Positions 37,801 to 48,900 of a stretch of DNA of 64,000 bases are shown piece after piece. Under the pieces are notes generated by a model that was not told the origin of the DNA, ran no database searches, and saw only the letters and a program-made list of their open reading frames with translations. The translations under genes and the position numbers were made by a program. Position 1 is the first letter of the stretch. Each line of letters starts with the position of its first letter. Source of the DNA: Eledone cirrhosa (taxonomy: Eukaryota); contig OZ024740.1 in the NCBI GenBank assembly GCA_964016885.1, forward strand, positions 184,574,001 through 184,638,000, read 5' to 3'.

Positions 37801-40702
37801 CACAAACTTGTGATCTTAATAGGCGACCGTTTCAAAAGTTGGACAGCTTACACCATTTCTGTCTATTTTCCTAATGAATATCCTGTCTATATACGATCTA
37901 GATGACCCCATGCGGTTAGTCCAGGTCCACACTGGCGCATTAGGGAAATCTAGTCGGTACCTGTCAGACAGTTGGAACTGGCTGATCAGGTTCTTGAGGC
38001 TATTGCACCACTTGCTCCTATTGGATACTCCCACTCAGTCCCAGCGTGCATCTAAGATCCTATTCCAGTCCCCCGCTAAGAGTAAAGGGCGAGGCGTAAC
38101 CAGAAAAGCTTCCAGGCGTCTAAAGAAGTCCGGCCGTCCTGCCCCAGTTGGAGGGGAGGTAGACGGCCACCAGTCTAAAGGCACCACCTTCATTATTTTT
38201 CACGTCCAGGACCACCTACTTCCCGTCTGGGTCCCGGAAGATTGACCTTACCTCGAGATCCAGGTCTTTCTTAAACAACACTGCCACCCCACCTCCCGTT
38301 CCCGGCCGACTAACAGATGCAAAGATCTGACAGTCGTCGAAAATGGGGGCTAGTGCACGCGTGTCGGAAATTCTGGGCTCGCTGACGGCAATTACATCCA
38401 TTTCTAGAGACCTGAGGTCGTTGAGTAGGTGACCCTGCTTGCAGGACGATCCCAGGCCTCGAACATTTAAACTTTCTACTCTTAATACGGCCATGTTGGC
38501 AGGTTAAAAGAGAGAGAGGAAAGGTTTACTTACCTTCCGGGCTCTTGTGAAGGTCGGGTGATTCGATCTCCATAGTTGGTGGGGTTTGTTTTGGGAACCC
38601 CTTTAAAAGTCTTGAAGTGGGTTTTACGTTCGGGGTTCGCACGTCCCATGGAAAGCTGTCTCATATCTCTTTGTATAAATCGAGCGATATTCGCACCAGA
38701 AACAAATCTTCTGGCACGCGAAATGTGCTCAATTTAAAAATTTCACCCTCTTTTTGTATATTTTCACTTCGTGCTACGAGGGCCATCAGTTCCTTGTTGG
38801 CCCTCCTGACAAGCACGAAGTTTTGTATGTTTTGTTGGTGTGATTTTATTTGTTTGCGTGGATGTGGTGGTGATGGTTTTGGTGGTGTTGTTTCGGTTGT
38901 GTCTATGTTTGTTGTGAGTGCGGTGTCTGTGGTTTCAGATGTTTGTGTGTGTATTTGTTCTTGTGTTTGTTTAGGTTGTTTGCGTTTGGGGGATTCTGGT
39001 GATGGTGATGGTGGTTTTGATGTTGGTGTTATTGGAAAGATGTTTGCATGGGTGGTGTCTGCATTTTTTATTGTGGGTGATTTTGAGCTTTGTTGAGTTT
39101 TTTTTTTCCTTTTTGTGTTTCCTTTTTTGTATTTTGGGGGATTTGGGTTTTCCCTCATCTTCACTACTGGTAGATGAGGGGTCTGTGTCTGAAAGTGTGT
39201 CTGTGTGTCTGTTTATATTTTTTATTGATGTGTATATTTTGGGGAGGAGGGGAAATTTGACAACTTTCCCTGTTCCCCCCTGGGTGGTCAATGTTGGTGG
39301 TGGTCTTTCTGTTGGTGTTATTGTTGGTGGTTTTGCCGGTGCTGGTGTTGGTTGTGGTCCTCGCCTCGGCGTCAGCAGCAGCGGAGCCCTTCAACCACTT
39401 GCATCTTTCAGCAGTTGAAGGAAGAAGGCTCGCAAATGGGTTTTTTCCCCACAAACAAAACAATGCGGCCTTTTGCCCTCAGACATAATATGAATAATCG
39501 TCCCATTCTGAAGGCAGATATGGTCCGGGATTGTCTTCGCATTCTCGGGCCTGATCTGAAGAAGTATCTCCAGGTCAACCCCGGACCAGTCCTCTCTGGC
39601 CATTCTTGTCACTTCAATCGGGACGTTATCCGTCCCCTCCACAATCACACTTTCCAGAAGCCAGCACATGTCAAGTCCTGGTAGGATTCTGGGAATGCGG
39701 AGACGGGCCGTTCTTTTTCCAATGTGGGAGGGGTACATTATGACCTTGCTGGTTTTGCAAGGAGTCATAGCGTGTTTCATAGCGAGGGCTTCTGACTTGA
39801 ACAGCAACGAAATGGTGCCGTACTGTTTGCTCCTCGCTATGTATTCAGTGTTTTCTCTAATGCACCTCGACATCTGCTTGTGGAATTAATGCTGCCCTTT
39901 TGCTTTGTGCTGAGATGCATCTATAATGCACCGTTCTGCGCTCCACTGCCTCAATAGCTTCTACCGGGACAGTTAAGTTCGCCCAGGTTTGCTCTTGCTT
40001 AATGAGCTTCCAGGCCTGGGCCAACTTTTCATATTTGTTTGAGAGGTCCATGTTGAAAGATGACCTCTTTTTTGCTGCTGCCGCAGCGAAAGTGTTCTTC
40101 TTGTTGTCGTTGGGGGTGTTGTTGTTGTTGTTCTTGTTGGTGGTGTTGTTATCACTGTCGCTGTTATCATTGTTGTCCTTGGTGCCACCGTTGTTCTCGG
40201 TGCAGTTGGTATAGTTGCTGTTGGTGTTGTCGCTATTTGTTTTCATGTTAGTGGTGTTGATATTGTTGTTGCATTTGTCATTTTTCTTTGTTATCTGTAT
40301 TTTCGTTGTCGCTGTTACTGTCATTTTTTTCAAAATTAGAGTTCTCAGTGTTGTTATCATTGCTGACTTTGTTTACATTGTTTGTGGTGTTGTTTTCTTT
40401 TATCAATTTCTGTTAATTTGGTCATAGTGCTCCTCTCAACATTTACGTCATTGTCGCACGACAGCAGACATATCGCTGAGGGGCGTGGCTCAGCCATGAT
40501 TTTTTTTTCTTTTTTTTTCGATAATTTTTTTTAATGTAAAGAGTTCAAATATTTCGGTCAAAAGGCCCAAATATTATTCTTTCCCCTTCACAGGGCAAAG
40601 TTCAAGGGCTTGTATGCCTTACACCACAACAAAAAAATTCAATAAATAAGTTTTGACAGGTAAATAAATAAACTTACGGGAGAGAGCAAAAAGACGCTGC
40701 TC
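34828..40702 (-). mobile_element. Tx1/L1-clade LINE, copy B (apparently full length, about 5.9 kb; frameshifted)
   Basis: 5' UTR, ORF1 from ATG at 40497 (knuckle KRPHCFVCGEKTHLRAF), ORF2 from 38494 (MAVLRVESLNVRGL) through RT (NFRPIVLLN, LDQSKALD, AYADD) to CPRC..H..C ending at 35107, then a 3' UTR with AATAAA. Confidence 0.92.

Positions 40703-40733
<31 letters not shown>
40703..40733. repeat. (AAT)n tract at the 5' end of copy B
   Basis: Directly visible. Confidence 0.95.
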
Positions 40734-42029
40734 GATACATTTGATAGTACATATTTTCCATCTGTAATTCAGGAATCCAACTGAACAATTGGTGAGTAAA
40801 TGTTTTTAACATCAAAGCATGTGAGTTGCAGACAATCTTTTTATTATTTAATCTACCAGATAAATATGAAGACTGTGCAAAAAGAAATCTAATATAAAAA
40901 AATCACAATTGTTTCCTGTATTGTAAGATTGAGATAAGCAAACATTTTCCTGATAGATTACGAGTTTTTAGCCTAACAATAGCTGTATCTTTATATAATA
41001 GATATTCATTGATGTTCAATAGGAAATTGATGTTTAATGAAACTATATAGTTTTGTGTTTATAGTACTGAAAAAGACAGCAAATTGGTGGAGTCATTAGA
41101 GCATAGAATTGAATGCAATATTTGTTCTGGCTTTCTGCACTCAGGGTCGATACATAAAGTACCAGTCTAGTAGTCAATAAAATTGTTTTCTCTATCTGTC
41201 TCTCGCTTTCTCTCCAGAAGAAATTAGTAGTAGTCAGACCTTGAGAGAGAGGATTCATGTTTTACCTGCCCAATACACCCTCTCTACAGCTCCATCGGAA
41301 GTTGATTGCTCATGGAAAGAAGGAAAAAAGGAAGTGTAGCATTGAAAACCAATAGAAGCAATAGGGATTAAAGCTTCATTAAAGATATACCTATATGTAA
41401 AAGTATATATTAGAGAGCATATATACACAAGGGAGCTTCTATAGAATCCCTCGACATGTTAGAAATATCAGTCAAATTTTCCTCAAATCATATCCTACCC
41501 TTCTAAATAAAGGAAGAGCATATTTTATATAATATAGTAATATGTGCAGATAAAGTATCAAAACCAATCGCAAGTAGTATATCTTTAATCATAGGTCTTC
41601 TTAATCAGGATTGAAATGGTTATAAATGAAAGCATGAACAACTGTTATGTGCAGAGATTGGAATTTATAGCAAAACAAAATTATACATGATAGATAAAAA
41701 TTAAGGGATCGAGCAAGATACAATTTTCTGATCTGACTTGTCTCAAAAAAGGACAGCTCATCTTACCCATACTAGCATTGAAATGTACATTAAACAGTGA
41801 TGATGATGATGATTATTGTTGTAGTATATACTTTCAAGAGATCAATGTCCAACCAAAGACCTTTTTCACACTTCAAAAGTTGTTGGCTATTGAAGTTGTT
41901 TTAATCATTTTTTATAATAAATGGCAAGTTGTTTTAGTACTGATCAGAGTGCATGAAAATGGCTCTCTCTTGATTTCATGTATTTCTACTGTTACTAGTT
42001 ACATAATATAAGGCAATTATAAAAAAGTG

Positions 42030-42140
42030 CCTGGCTTAGTGGTTAGAGGATTAGATTTGCAATTGTGAGGTTGTGAGTTCGATTCCCGGATCGAACGATG
42101 TGTTATGTCATTGAGCAAGCCTATTTATTTCATGTTCCTC
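42030..42140 (+). mobile_element. Truncated SINE family 1 head
   Basis: TGGCTTAGTGGTTAGAG...GAGTTCGATTCCC...TTGAGCAAG. Confidence 0.7.
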
Positions 42141-42745
42141 CCTTTACCAAGAGGTGCGACCAGGAGATAGTATTGGCAATGGAAGGACCAATGGAAACAT
42201 CGTTTTCTCAGTCCAATTTTATGAGTTCCACCCTACTCAGTAAGCAAATGAGGTCTGAGATCTTGTCAGTCGACCTTTCTTTCCTATAGAATAGCCAATA
42301 GGCAAATTGGCAGTTGTTAGACCATCAGATAGAATGCTCTACCCTCTCTAAATTCAAATTCCACAGAGGTCAACTTTGCCTTACATCTGTTTGAAGTCAA
42401 TCAAAAAAAGTATCAGCTCAATATTGGTATCAAATATCCCCTATATTCTTTTCTCACTTCTTCTCAATCGCTTTCTCTCTCCTTCTCTGAAGAAAGTCAG
42501 CTATTTTCATACCTGGGGAGGGGTCTGAGCACCACCAAGTTTTAAATTCCCCCCAAATGCTGTATGTCCTTATAGCACTCCTACAAATCCATCATGAGTT
42601 ATGGGGCCATACATACCGTATTTCCCAGCACCGAAGACGCTTCATCCTCAAAGACGAAATATGGTACATAAAATATCCAATACTACATTTATTTTAACAA
42701 TAACTCATTTGAAACATCAATACATCTATATATACATATTTATAT

Positions 42746-42830
42746 ATTGTTATGTTTGAGGATGGTCATGTTGCCAATATTACCAATAAAATGAAACACA
42801 CATATCATATGATTTTCACATTATTTTTAT
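42746..42830 (-). mobile_element. Decayed 3'-terminal fragment of the Penelope repeat
   Basis: ATTGTTATGTTTGAGGATGGTCATGTTGCCAATA resembles 45941 and 57709 and also follows a TA-rich tract. Confidence 0.6.
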
Positions 42831-45223
42831 CTTTATTGCTCATTTGTCAAATATTCTGTGACCTCTTAAATAAATATCTGTTCTCTTTTGCACCTTCTCT
42901 TCTTTCTGGGCTTAAACGTCCACTCCATCTTGTCTTTTGTTTTCTGGTGTGTTTTACACATATACGTATATTATTTTATGTTTTCCTGTGATTTTGTGTT
43001 TCAATATATGATTTTATAGCTTATAGAAAAACATATCTGAATGTTTATTTTTACACACCTACACACACGTAGTCAGTCATTTTCAACAGTGAGAATTCAG
43101 TTATTTAATCAAATGTATATGTGATTAAATAATCCAAAAACACATGTATTGTTAATATAACTCTGAGGTCAAATACACCTGGTATAGAATGTGACAATAG
43201 TTGCACCATTGAATTTATGGTACAAACAATCCAATGGATTTCTACAGTTTCCTTCTATCTAGTTTTAACCACAATATACCAAGAATTTTCTTGAACAACA
43301 TATTCTTTGAAATTAATTTTTGTAGAATAGTTTTTTGAATATATTATTTCATAAAATATACTACTGTCGGCAACCTCCTGCACAATAGTCATACCATCCA
43401 TATCAGGTGTCTTTAACTTGCAGGTCATGCCATGAGGAGCAATGAACTTACTACAAAACTTTTACCTTAGAGGTCCATTAATGTAAAATACAAACGTGAA
43501 AGACCTCTCAAGGAATTGAAGAGACTGATTGAGGAAGATACAGTGAAGAACTGAAGCAGTTAATGCTTGATCATGTGAGATGAAAAGGTTTTATCATGTC
43601 ACAAAAAAAATGGATGAATTTAGTAGTTAGTTAGTAGTAGAATATATTTTTTGTCAATAGTCATTTGATTTGTGATTGCTGTTTAATATTATTTTATAGA
43701 CATCAAAACATCAGATCAAATAATCAGACAATATAGTACAAAATTCATTAGATTCTGCTTCTGTGTTTGATCAATATTGATTATTTTTATCCATAGGTGT
43801 GATGGAGTTTGTGTTGTGTAGAATAGGAATAATGTAAGTTAATTCCAACTGGTTTTTCTTTTTGTATATGTTAGCTACAAGACTTTTAACAATATCATGA
43901 CTTGGAGATATGACATGTAAAAAATAAATGTCTGTTGACAGAAATGATATTTAAAAAAACAGCTGACCAATAACATGTACCAGCTCTAACACAGATTGAA
44001 GCATGAAATACAGTATCCAGAGTACAGGGAAAGAGCTGTGTGATGTACTGATTTCAAAACATTTTCTGGGCATATATTTTGTTCAGGATTGAAAATGTAA
44101 TCCTTTTTATTCAATTGTCATCTTTATTACATACCCACATGGGTGCCACTCCCCTACCCACATCCATTCTCACTGCATAATGCAACATCCCAGACACCTC
44201 ATAATACATCTGCATGTCTGACAAAACACGGTCATATGACTGTGACCTTGCCCCGTTTATGGTTATGCTATTTAATATGCATTTTGTCTACAGTAAACGA
44301 CTTCTGACTCAGAGAGTTTTATTTGTGGTCACTCCTCTCAAACTTGACAGCTTATTTCACTCATTTCAAGCTGGTAGCTCAGGCAACAGTTATTATCAAA
44401 AGATGATTTAGATTTTACTACTGCTCTTTGCTGCATGTGTGAATGTACACACACATGTGAGTGTTATTGGGTAGGATACATGAGTACCTGTGCATGTGTA
44501 TGTATGTAAGAAAGAGAGAGTATCAATGTTTATATGAGTATGGATGTGGAATGTTTGTGCGTGTTTCAGCAGTTTTCTTGCTGCACAATAAATGGGTAAA
44601 TTTGTAATTCACCTCTTAGCATAAAGGGAATGCACTCACATGATATTTAAGAGATATAGAGATTGATTCCGTGTAGGTATGTCAGGCCACATTTTTTGGT
44701 CTCTAGGAATAATTTAGCCGATTTTAATAGCAGATATATTTATAGTGATTGGCTGCGCTTCAGGTTATTTTCTATGCTTGGCATTTTCACATTTCTGAAT
44801 TTTTATACATTCATGCCTACATACATTCCCAAAATTATGCATGTATTAACTGCATGTACACATGTACAGATGCATAACCTATGCACATGCACATATGTAA
44901 CTCAAAACATCCACATACACACATAGAATAACTTCCATACCTGCACTTACATGCATGCAAACATGCATACATATCTTGCTAGTTGAAGTTGTCTAAATTC
45001 AAATAAAAATGTCTTGTGTATGTTAAAAACTGACTCTCTCGCTATTGATAAAAATTTATAAAATTATAAAACCAGAAAAATATACATACATATATATGTT
45101 TGCACAAGTGTAATATTTTTGTTTATGTGCACATATCTATCTATGTGTACACGCACACACAAGGGTATCATATATATATATATGATACCTTTGTGTGTGC
45201 ATGTACACATATACATATATTGC

Positions 45224-45289
45224 CTTATCAGACGAACCAATGTGGACATCTCTTGTGTTCGTCCTGTTCGGGAAACCTTGGGTAATGAG
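45224..45289 (+). ncRNA. Degenerate hammerhead-like motif (family E)
   Basis: CTTAT-CAGACGA-A-CCAA..GGAC..GTCC.TTCGG-GAAA-CC TTG GG-TA-ATGAG. Helices I and III pair, but the core has a U4A change and helix II is imperfect. Confidence 0.4.
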
Positions 45290-45475
45290 ATAATTATACT
45301 GTGTGGTTTATATATTATTATACATTAAATATTTAGCTCTGTTACTTACATAGAGCACTCTTCATTCCTTTTACTTTTTCCACAGAAACTTCAACACTTA
45401 TACACATATATATATATATATATTGTAATAAAATAACAGGAGGCTGGACTTATGTAAATCCTTGAAAGGTTTATT

Positions 45476-45533
45476 ATACTATGATCATTTCAATGACCGG
45501 GTTCCGTATGAATCCGGTGTTATCATCAGGTAT
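45476..45533 (-). ncRNA. Hammerhead motif (family B), left arm
   Basis: ATAC-CTGATGA-TAACACCGG...CCGGTCATT-GAAA-TGATCA-TA-GTAT with palindromic helix III. Confidence 0.75.
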
Positions 45534-45627
45534 TCGAAATATAACAAAGGAATATAACAGATAAAATCCATGGGGCTGAAAATCATACACAAGGGGATGA
45601 CTGTTATATTCCTTTGTTATATTTCGA

Positions 45628-45685
45628 TTACCTGATGATATCCCCGGATTGATACAGAAGCCGGTCATTGAAATGATCATAGTAT
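45628..45685 (+). ncRNA. Hammerhead motif (family B), right arm
   Basis: TTAC-CTGATGA-TATCCCCGG...CCGGTCATT-GAAA-TGATCA-TA-GTAT; more decayed than the left arm. Confidence 0.65.
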
Positions 45686-45871
45686 AATAAACCTTTCAAA
45701 GATTTACACAAGTCCAGCCTCCTGTTATTTTATTATAATAATTAGCTCCGTACTTGCACCACCAACTACACAAACGAAGACGGGTGAGTTGCATTACGTT
45801 GAGTACTCTCCATTACATCGAGATTGACCATACAGAATGACCAATTCTATCCAGTGGTGAACCAGCAAACC

Positions 45872-45944
<73 letters not shown>

Positions 45945-46094
45945 TTATGCTTTGGGAGGGTCATGTTGCCAATAAAAAACACACGCACCAGATGCTTTCA
46001 CTCCAATTTATTATAAATTAAATTTATAAATTTAAGAATTTATAAACTTCCGGTTGGTTGGTTGGTTCCACAACCGGACGGTTGTTCATATATT

Positions 46095-46137
46095 GTCAAA
46101 GTTCTTTCGTCACACATTCTGTGATATCTTCAGTGAC
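46095..46137 (-). ncRNA. Minimal hammerhead motif (family C), left arm
   Basis: GTCA-CTGAAGA-T-ATCACA-GAATG-TGTGAC-GAAA-GAAC-TT-TGAC. Confidence 0.65.
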
Positions 46138-46254
46138 TGGGGATTCTTTTCTTTGTTTTGTGCCTCTCCTTTGTTTTGTCCTACGCCATCTTGAAAAACA
46201 AGATGGCGTAGGACAAAACAAAGGAGAGGCACAAATCAAAGAAAAGAATCCCCA

Positions 46255-46297
46255 GTCACTGAAGAGGTCACAGAATGTGTGACGAAAGAAATTTGAC
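46255..46297 (+). ncRNA. Minimal hammerhead motif (family C), right arm
   Basis: GTCA-CTGAAGA-G-GTCACA-GAATG-TGTGAC-GAAA-GAAA-TT-TGAC. Confidence 0.7.
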
Positions 46298-46710
46298 AAT
46301 ATATGAACAACCATCCGGTTGTGGACGCAACCAACCGGAAATTTATAAATTCTTAAATTTATAAATTTAATTTATAATAAATTGAAGGGAAAGCAACTGG
46401 TGCTTATGTTTCTTATTGGCTAGATGACCCTCCCAAAGCATAACAATATCGGTTTCAACACAGGTTTTCAGATAAAGAATCTTGCTAAACAAATTCAGAA
46501 ACGAAATATATATATATATATTTATATATTTATGTATGTATATATATGAAGGATTCACTCTGACAGCAGAGCATCTGTCATTTCAACAGCTAGATCCGAG
46601 CACGAGCTCAGCTGTTGGGGTCCCAAATCTTTCATATTACCCAATCTACCACCCCAAGTATCAAGTTCTCTGGTGAGTAATGGCCTAACTGGTTTTTACT
46701 GCATCCATTA

Positions 46711-46747
<37 letters not shown>

Positions 46748-46752
<5 letters not shown>

Positions 46753-47188
46753 TGAAATAAAATGAAAACAAAATTTCATTTCTCACTCTTAGTATGGCAC
46801 TTACTTAAATGTAAGTATGCATGTATACGTACATACATATATGTATACAGACGTACAGTAGCATGTTAAGGCAACCACGTCACCTTTTTGTTCAACACTG
46901 ACACAGGAACGATTGTACTAGTTTCAAGCTTGTTAGCTATCATCAGCACCGTTTACCCATCTGCCAGATAGTTGAACGTTCGAAAGTATATACTTTCCTT
47001 ATGAAAATTAACGGCTGAGCAGCCTAATTTGCATATTGAGTGAGTTAAATCGGTCAGGCATACCGAAAACGATAAATTGAAATAAAATGAAAACGAAATT
47101 TCATTTCTCACTCTTAGTATGGCACTTACTTAAATGTAAGTATGCATGTATACGTACATACATATATGTATACAGACGTACAGTAGCA

Positions 47189-47262
<74 letters not shown>

Positions 47263-47380
47263 TATGCATACAGGTACACATACATATATGCACGTATCAG
47301 TTTACGGACGCTTATTATAACGCGGCTTTGTTCGTTTGTAAACAAACTGAACAGCCTGAATTTATGCCATACGGTGTTAT
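46748..47380 (-). mobile_element. Second copy of the partial-tandem hammerhead element (family A)
   Basis: Reverse complement homolog of 2251-3310 without the SINE. Internal direct repeat 46748-46866 / 47074-47190. The 3' end abuts (TA)n. Confidence 0.8.
46909..46952 (-). ncRNA. Minimal hammerhead motif (family A), second copy
   Basis: ACGGTG-CTGATGA-TAGCT-AACA-AGCTT-GAAA-CTAG-TA-CAATCGT. Differences from 2985-3027 fall at N7, loop II, a wobble pair and a bulge. Confidence 0.82.
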
Positions 47381-47593
47381 ATATATATAGTATTAATTAT
47401 ACTATTTATGGTTATGCAAATACAAAAACCTTTTGTAGTTATATATATTTTTATAAGCCCTAAATAGTGGTAGGCAGTAATATATTACTACCTTATTACC
47501 AGTAAGTTAAATAGCTCAATGTAATAACATCAGATGTTTTACAGAGCAGTTATATGAATTATAAGAATCAAAGAACTGTTCAAAACATTTTTA

Positions 47594-47640
47594 TGCTTAC
47601 AACTGTTTCCTCCAAACCAAGGTTTGGATTCTTCGGAGCA
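47594..47640 (-). ncRNA. Hammerhead-like motif (family D), left arm
   Basis: TGCT-CCGAAGA-A-TCCAAACC-TT-GGTTTGGA-G-GAAA-CAGTTG-TA-AGCA; core has U4C. Confidence 0.6.
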
Positions 47641-48159
47641 ATTTATTATTGAATGAACACTTATATGACCTCCTATTCACCCAAGAGACATACAGATACA
47701 TATGCAAATATTGTGGGTCAACATTCATTACAGCATTTAGTGTGGCAGTACACATTTAGAGATTACATTCATATTAAAAGATACAATCAAAAATACAGGT
47801 TAAAATACATGAAATTAAGCGGTTATAGAGTGCAATGGTTATATGTGTGGCAAGCACGTGCTTCTTGTTTATATAGTGTGGCAGAGAGTTACGTGTAATA
47901 GAAGCATTTAAGCAGGTAATCTATATAAACAAGACGCACGTGCTTGCCACACATATAACCATTGCACTCTATAACCGCTTAATTTCATGTTATATTTTAA
48001 CCTATATTTTTGATTGTATCTTTTAATATGAATGTAATCTCTAAATGTGTACTGCAACACTAAATGCTGTAATGAATGTTGACCCACAATATTTGCATAT
48101 GTATCTGTAAGTCTCTTGGGTGAAAAGGAAATCATATAAGTGTTCATTCAATAATAAAT

Positions 48160-48206
48160 TGCTCCGAAGAATCCAAACCTCGGTTTGGAGGAAACAGTTG
48201 TAAGCA
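48160..48206 (+). ncRNA. Hammerhead-like motif (family D), right arm
   Basis: TGCT-CCGAAGA-A-TCCAAACC-TC-GGTTTGGA-G-GAAA-CAGTTG-TA-AGCA; core has U4C. Confidence 0.6.
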
Positions 48207-48251
48207 TAAAAATGTTTTGAACAGTTCTTTGATTCTTATAATTCCTAATTC

Positions 48252-48330
<79 letters not shown>

Positions 48331-48729
48331 TCATTAAATTTATATAAATGCATTAATGCAAATATAGTTATAAATATATAGCCTGCATTAGTTTTTGTGT
48401 GTACATAATATAAATTCAATTTATTTATAGTGATGCCTTAATTAAAAAACATATACGTCTATGAAAGCATGTTTACTTATGATTACATCTTATGTTGTAC
48501 TTTATGAAGAGTGTGAAATGAATAAAAATTTAGATCCATATTTTACCATGCATCATATACTCAGCTTCACCTGAACTGTTTCATTATACAGATACACACA
48601 CACACACACACACACTTATATATGTGTGTGTGTAAATTCGATAACCATATTCCATAAACATTTTTGAAAATTTCATGAACAACTCTCCAGTCAAATACTT
48701 GAAAGCCTTTTGATAATGATATATCAAAT

Positions 48730-48900
48730 AATTGTTTCTACTTTTGGCACAAGGCCAGCAATTACCCAGTGTATTATTGGTACTTTATTTTATCGACCCC
48801 GTAAGGATGAAAGGCAAAGTTAACCTCGGCGGGATTTGAACTCAGAATGGCAAGGGCCGTCAAAGCATGCCGTCCGACCCTCTACCAATACTGCCAATCC
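48730..48900 (-). mobile_element. SINE family 2 copy
   Basis: Match to the 7232-7413 unit. Confidence 0.85.

Larger units (their letters stand above)
45421..45740. mobile_element. Palindromic element 1 (arms about 140 bp, 40-bp spacer) with a hammerhead in each arm
   Basis: 45421-45560 is the reverse complement of 45601-45740 with scattered mismatches. The left end abuts (TA)n. Confidence 0.88.
45938..46449. mobile_element. Palindromic element 2: two Penelope 3'-repeat copies head-to-head (arms about 255 bp, 5-nt loop)
   Basis: Arms meet at CTACGCCATCTTG-AAAAA-CAAGATGGCGTAG. The left arm is collinear with 57709-57962, downstream of the PLE ORF. Confidence 0.92.
47556..48244. mobile_element. 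Palindromic element 3 (arms about 320 bp, 44-bp spacer) with a variant hammerhead in each arm
   Basis: 47556-47876 is the reverse complement of 47921-48244; the mirror ORFs 47653+ and 48147- confirm it. The right end lies next to (TA)n(GA)n. Confidence 0.9.

Noticed and set aside
27041-40427. Many plus-strand ORFs over the LINE array, and antisense ORFs over the CRE and PLE elements
   Set aside because: Shadow frames of GC-richer coding sequence on the opposite strand; no motifs.
45140-45212. Short palindrome centred on a TA repeat
   Set aside because: Real but low-complexity; probably microsatellite-mediated fold-back with no further features.
46549-46625. Two adjacent hairpins flanking GAAA on the minus strand, hammerhead-like
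   Set aside because: No CUGANGA box and no UH cleavage site in the right place.
47653-48147. Two nearly identical ~80-aa ORFs on opposite strands
   Set aside because: A by-product of the inverted repeat; no recognisable domain.
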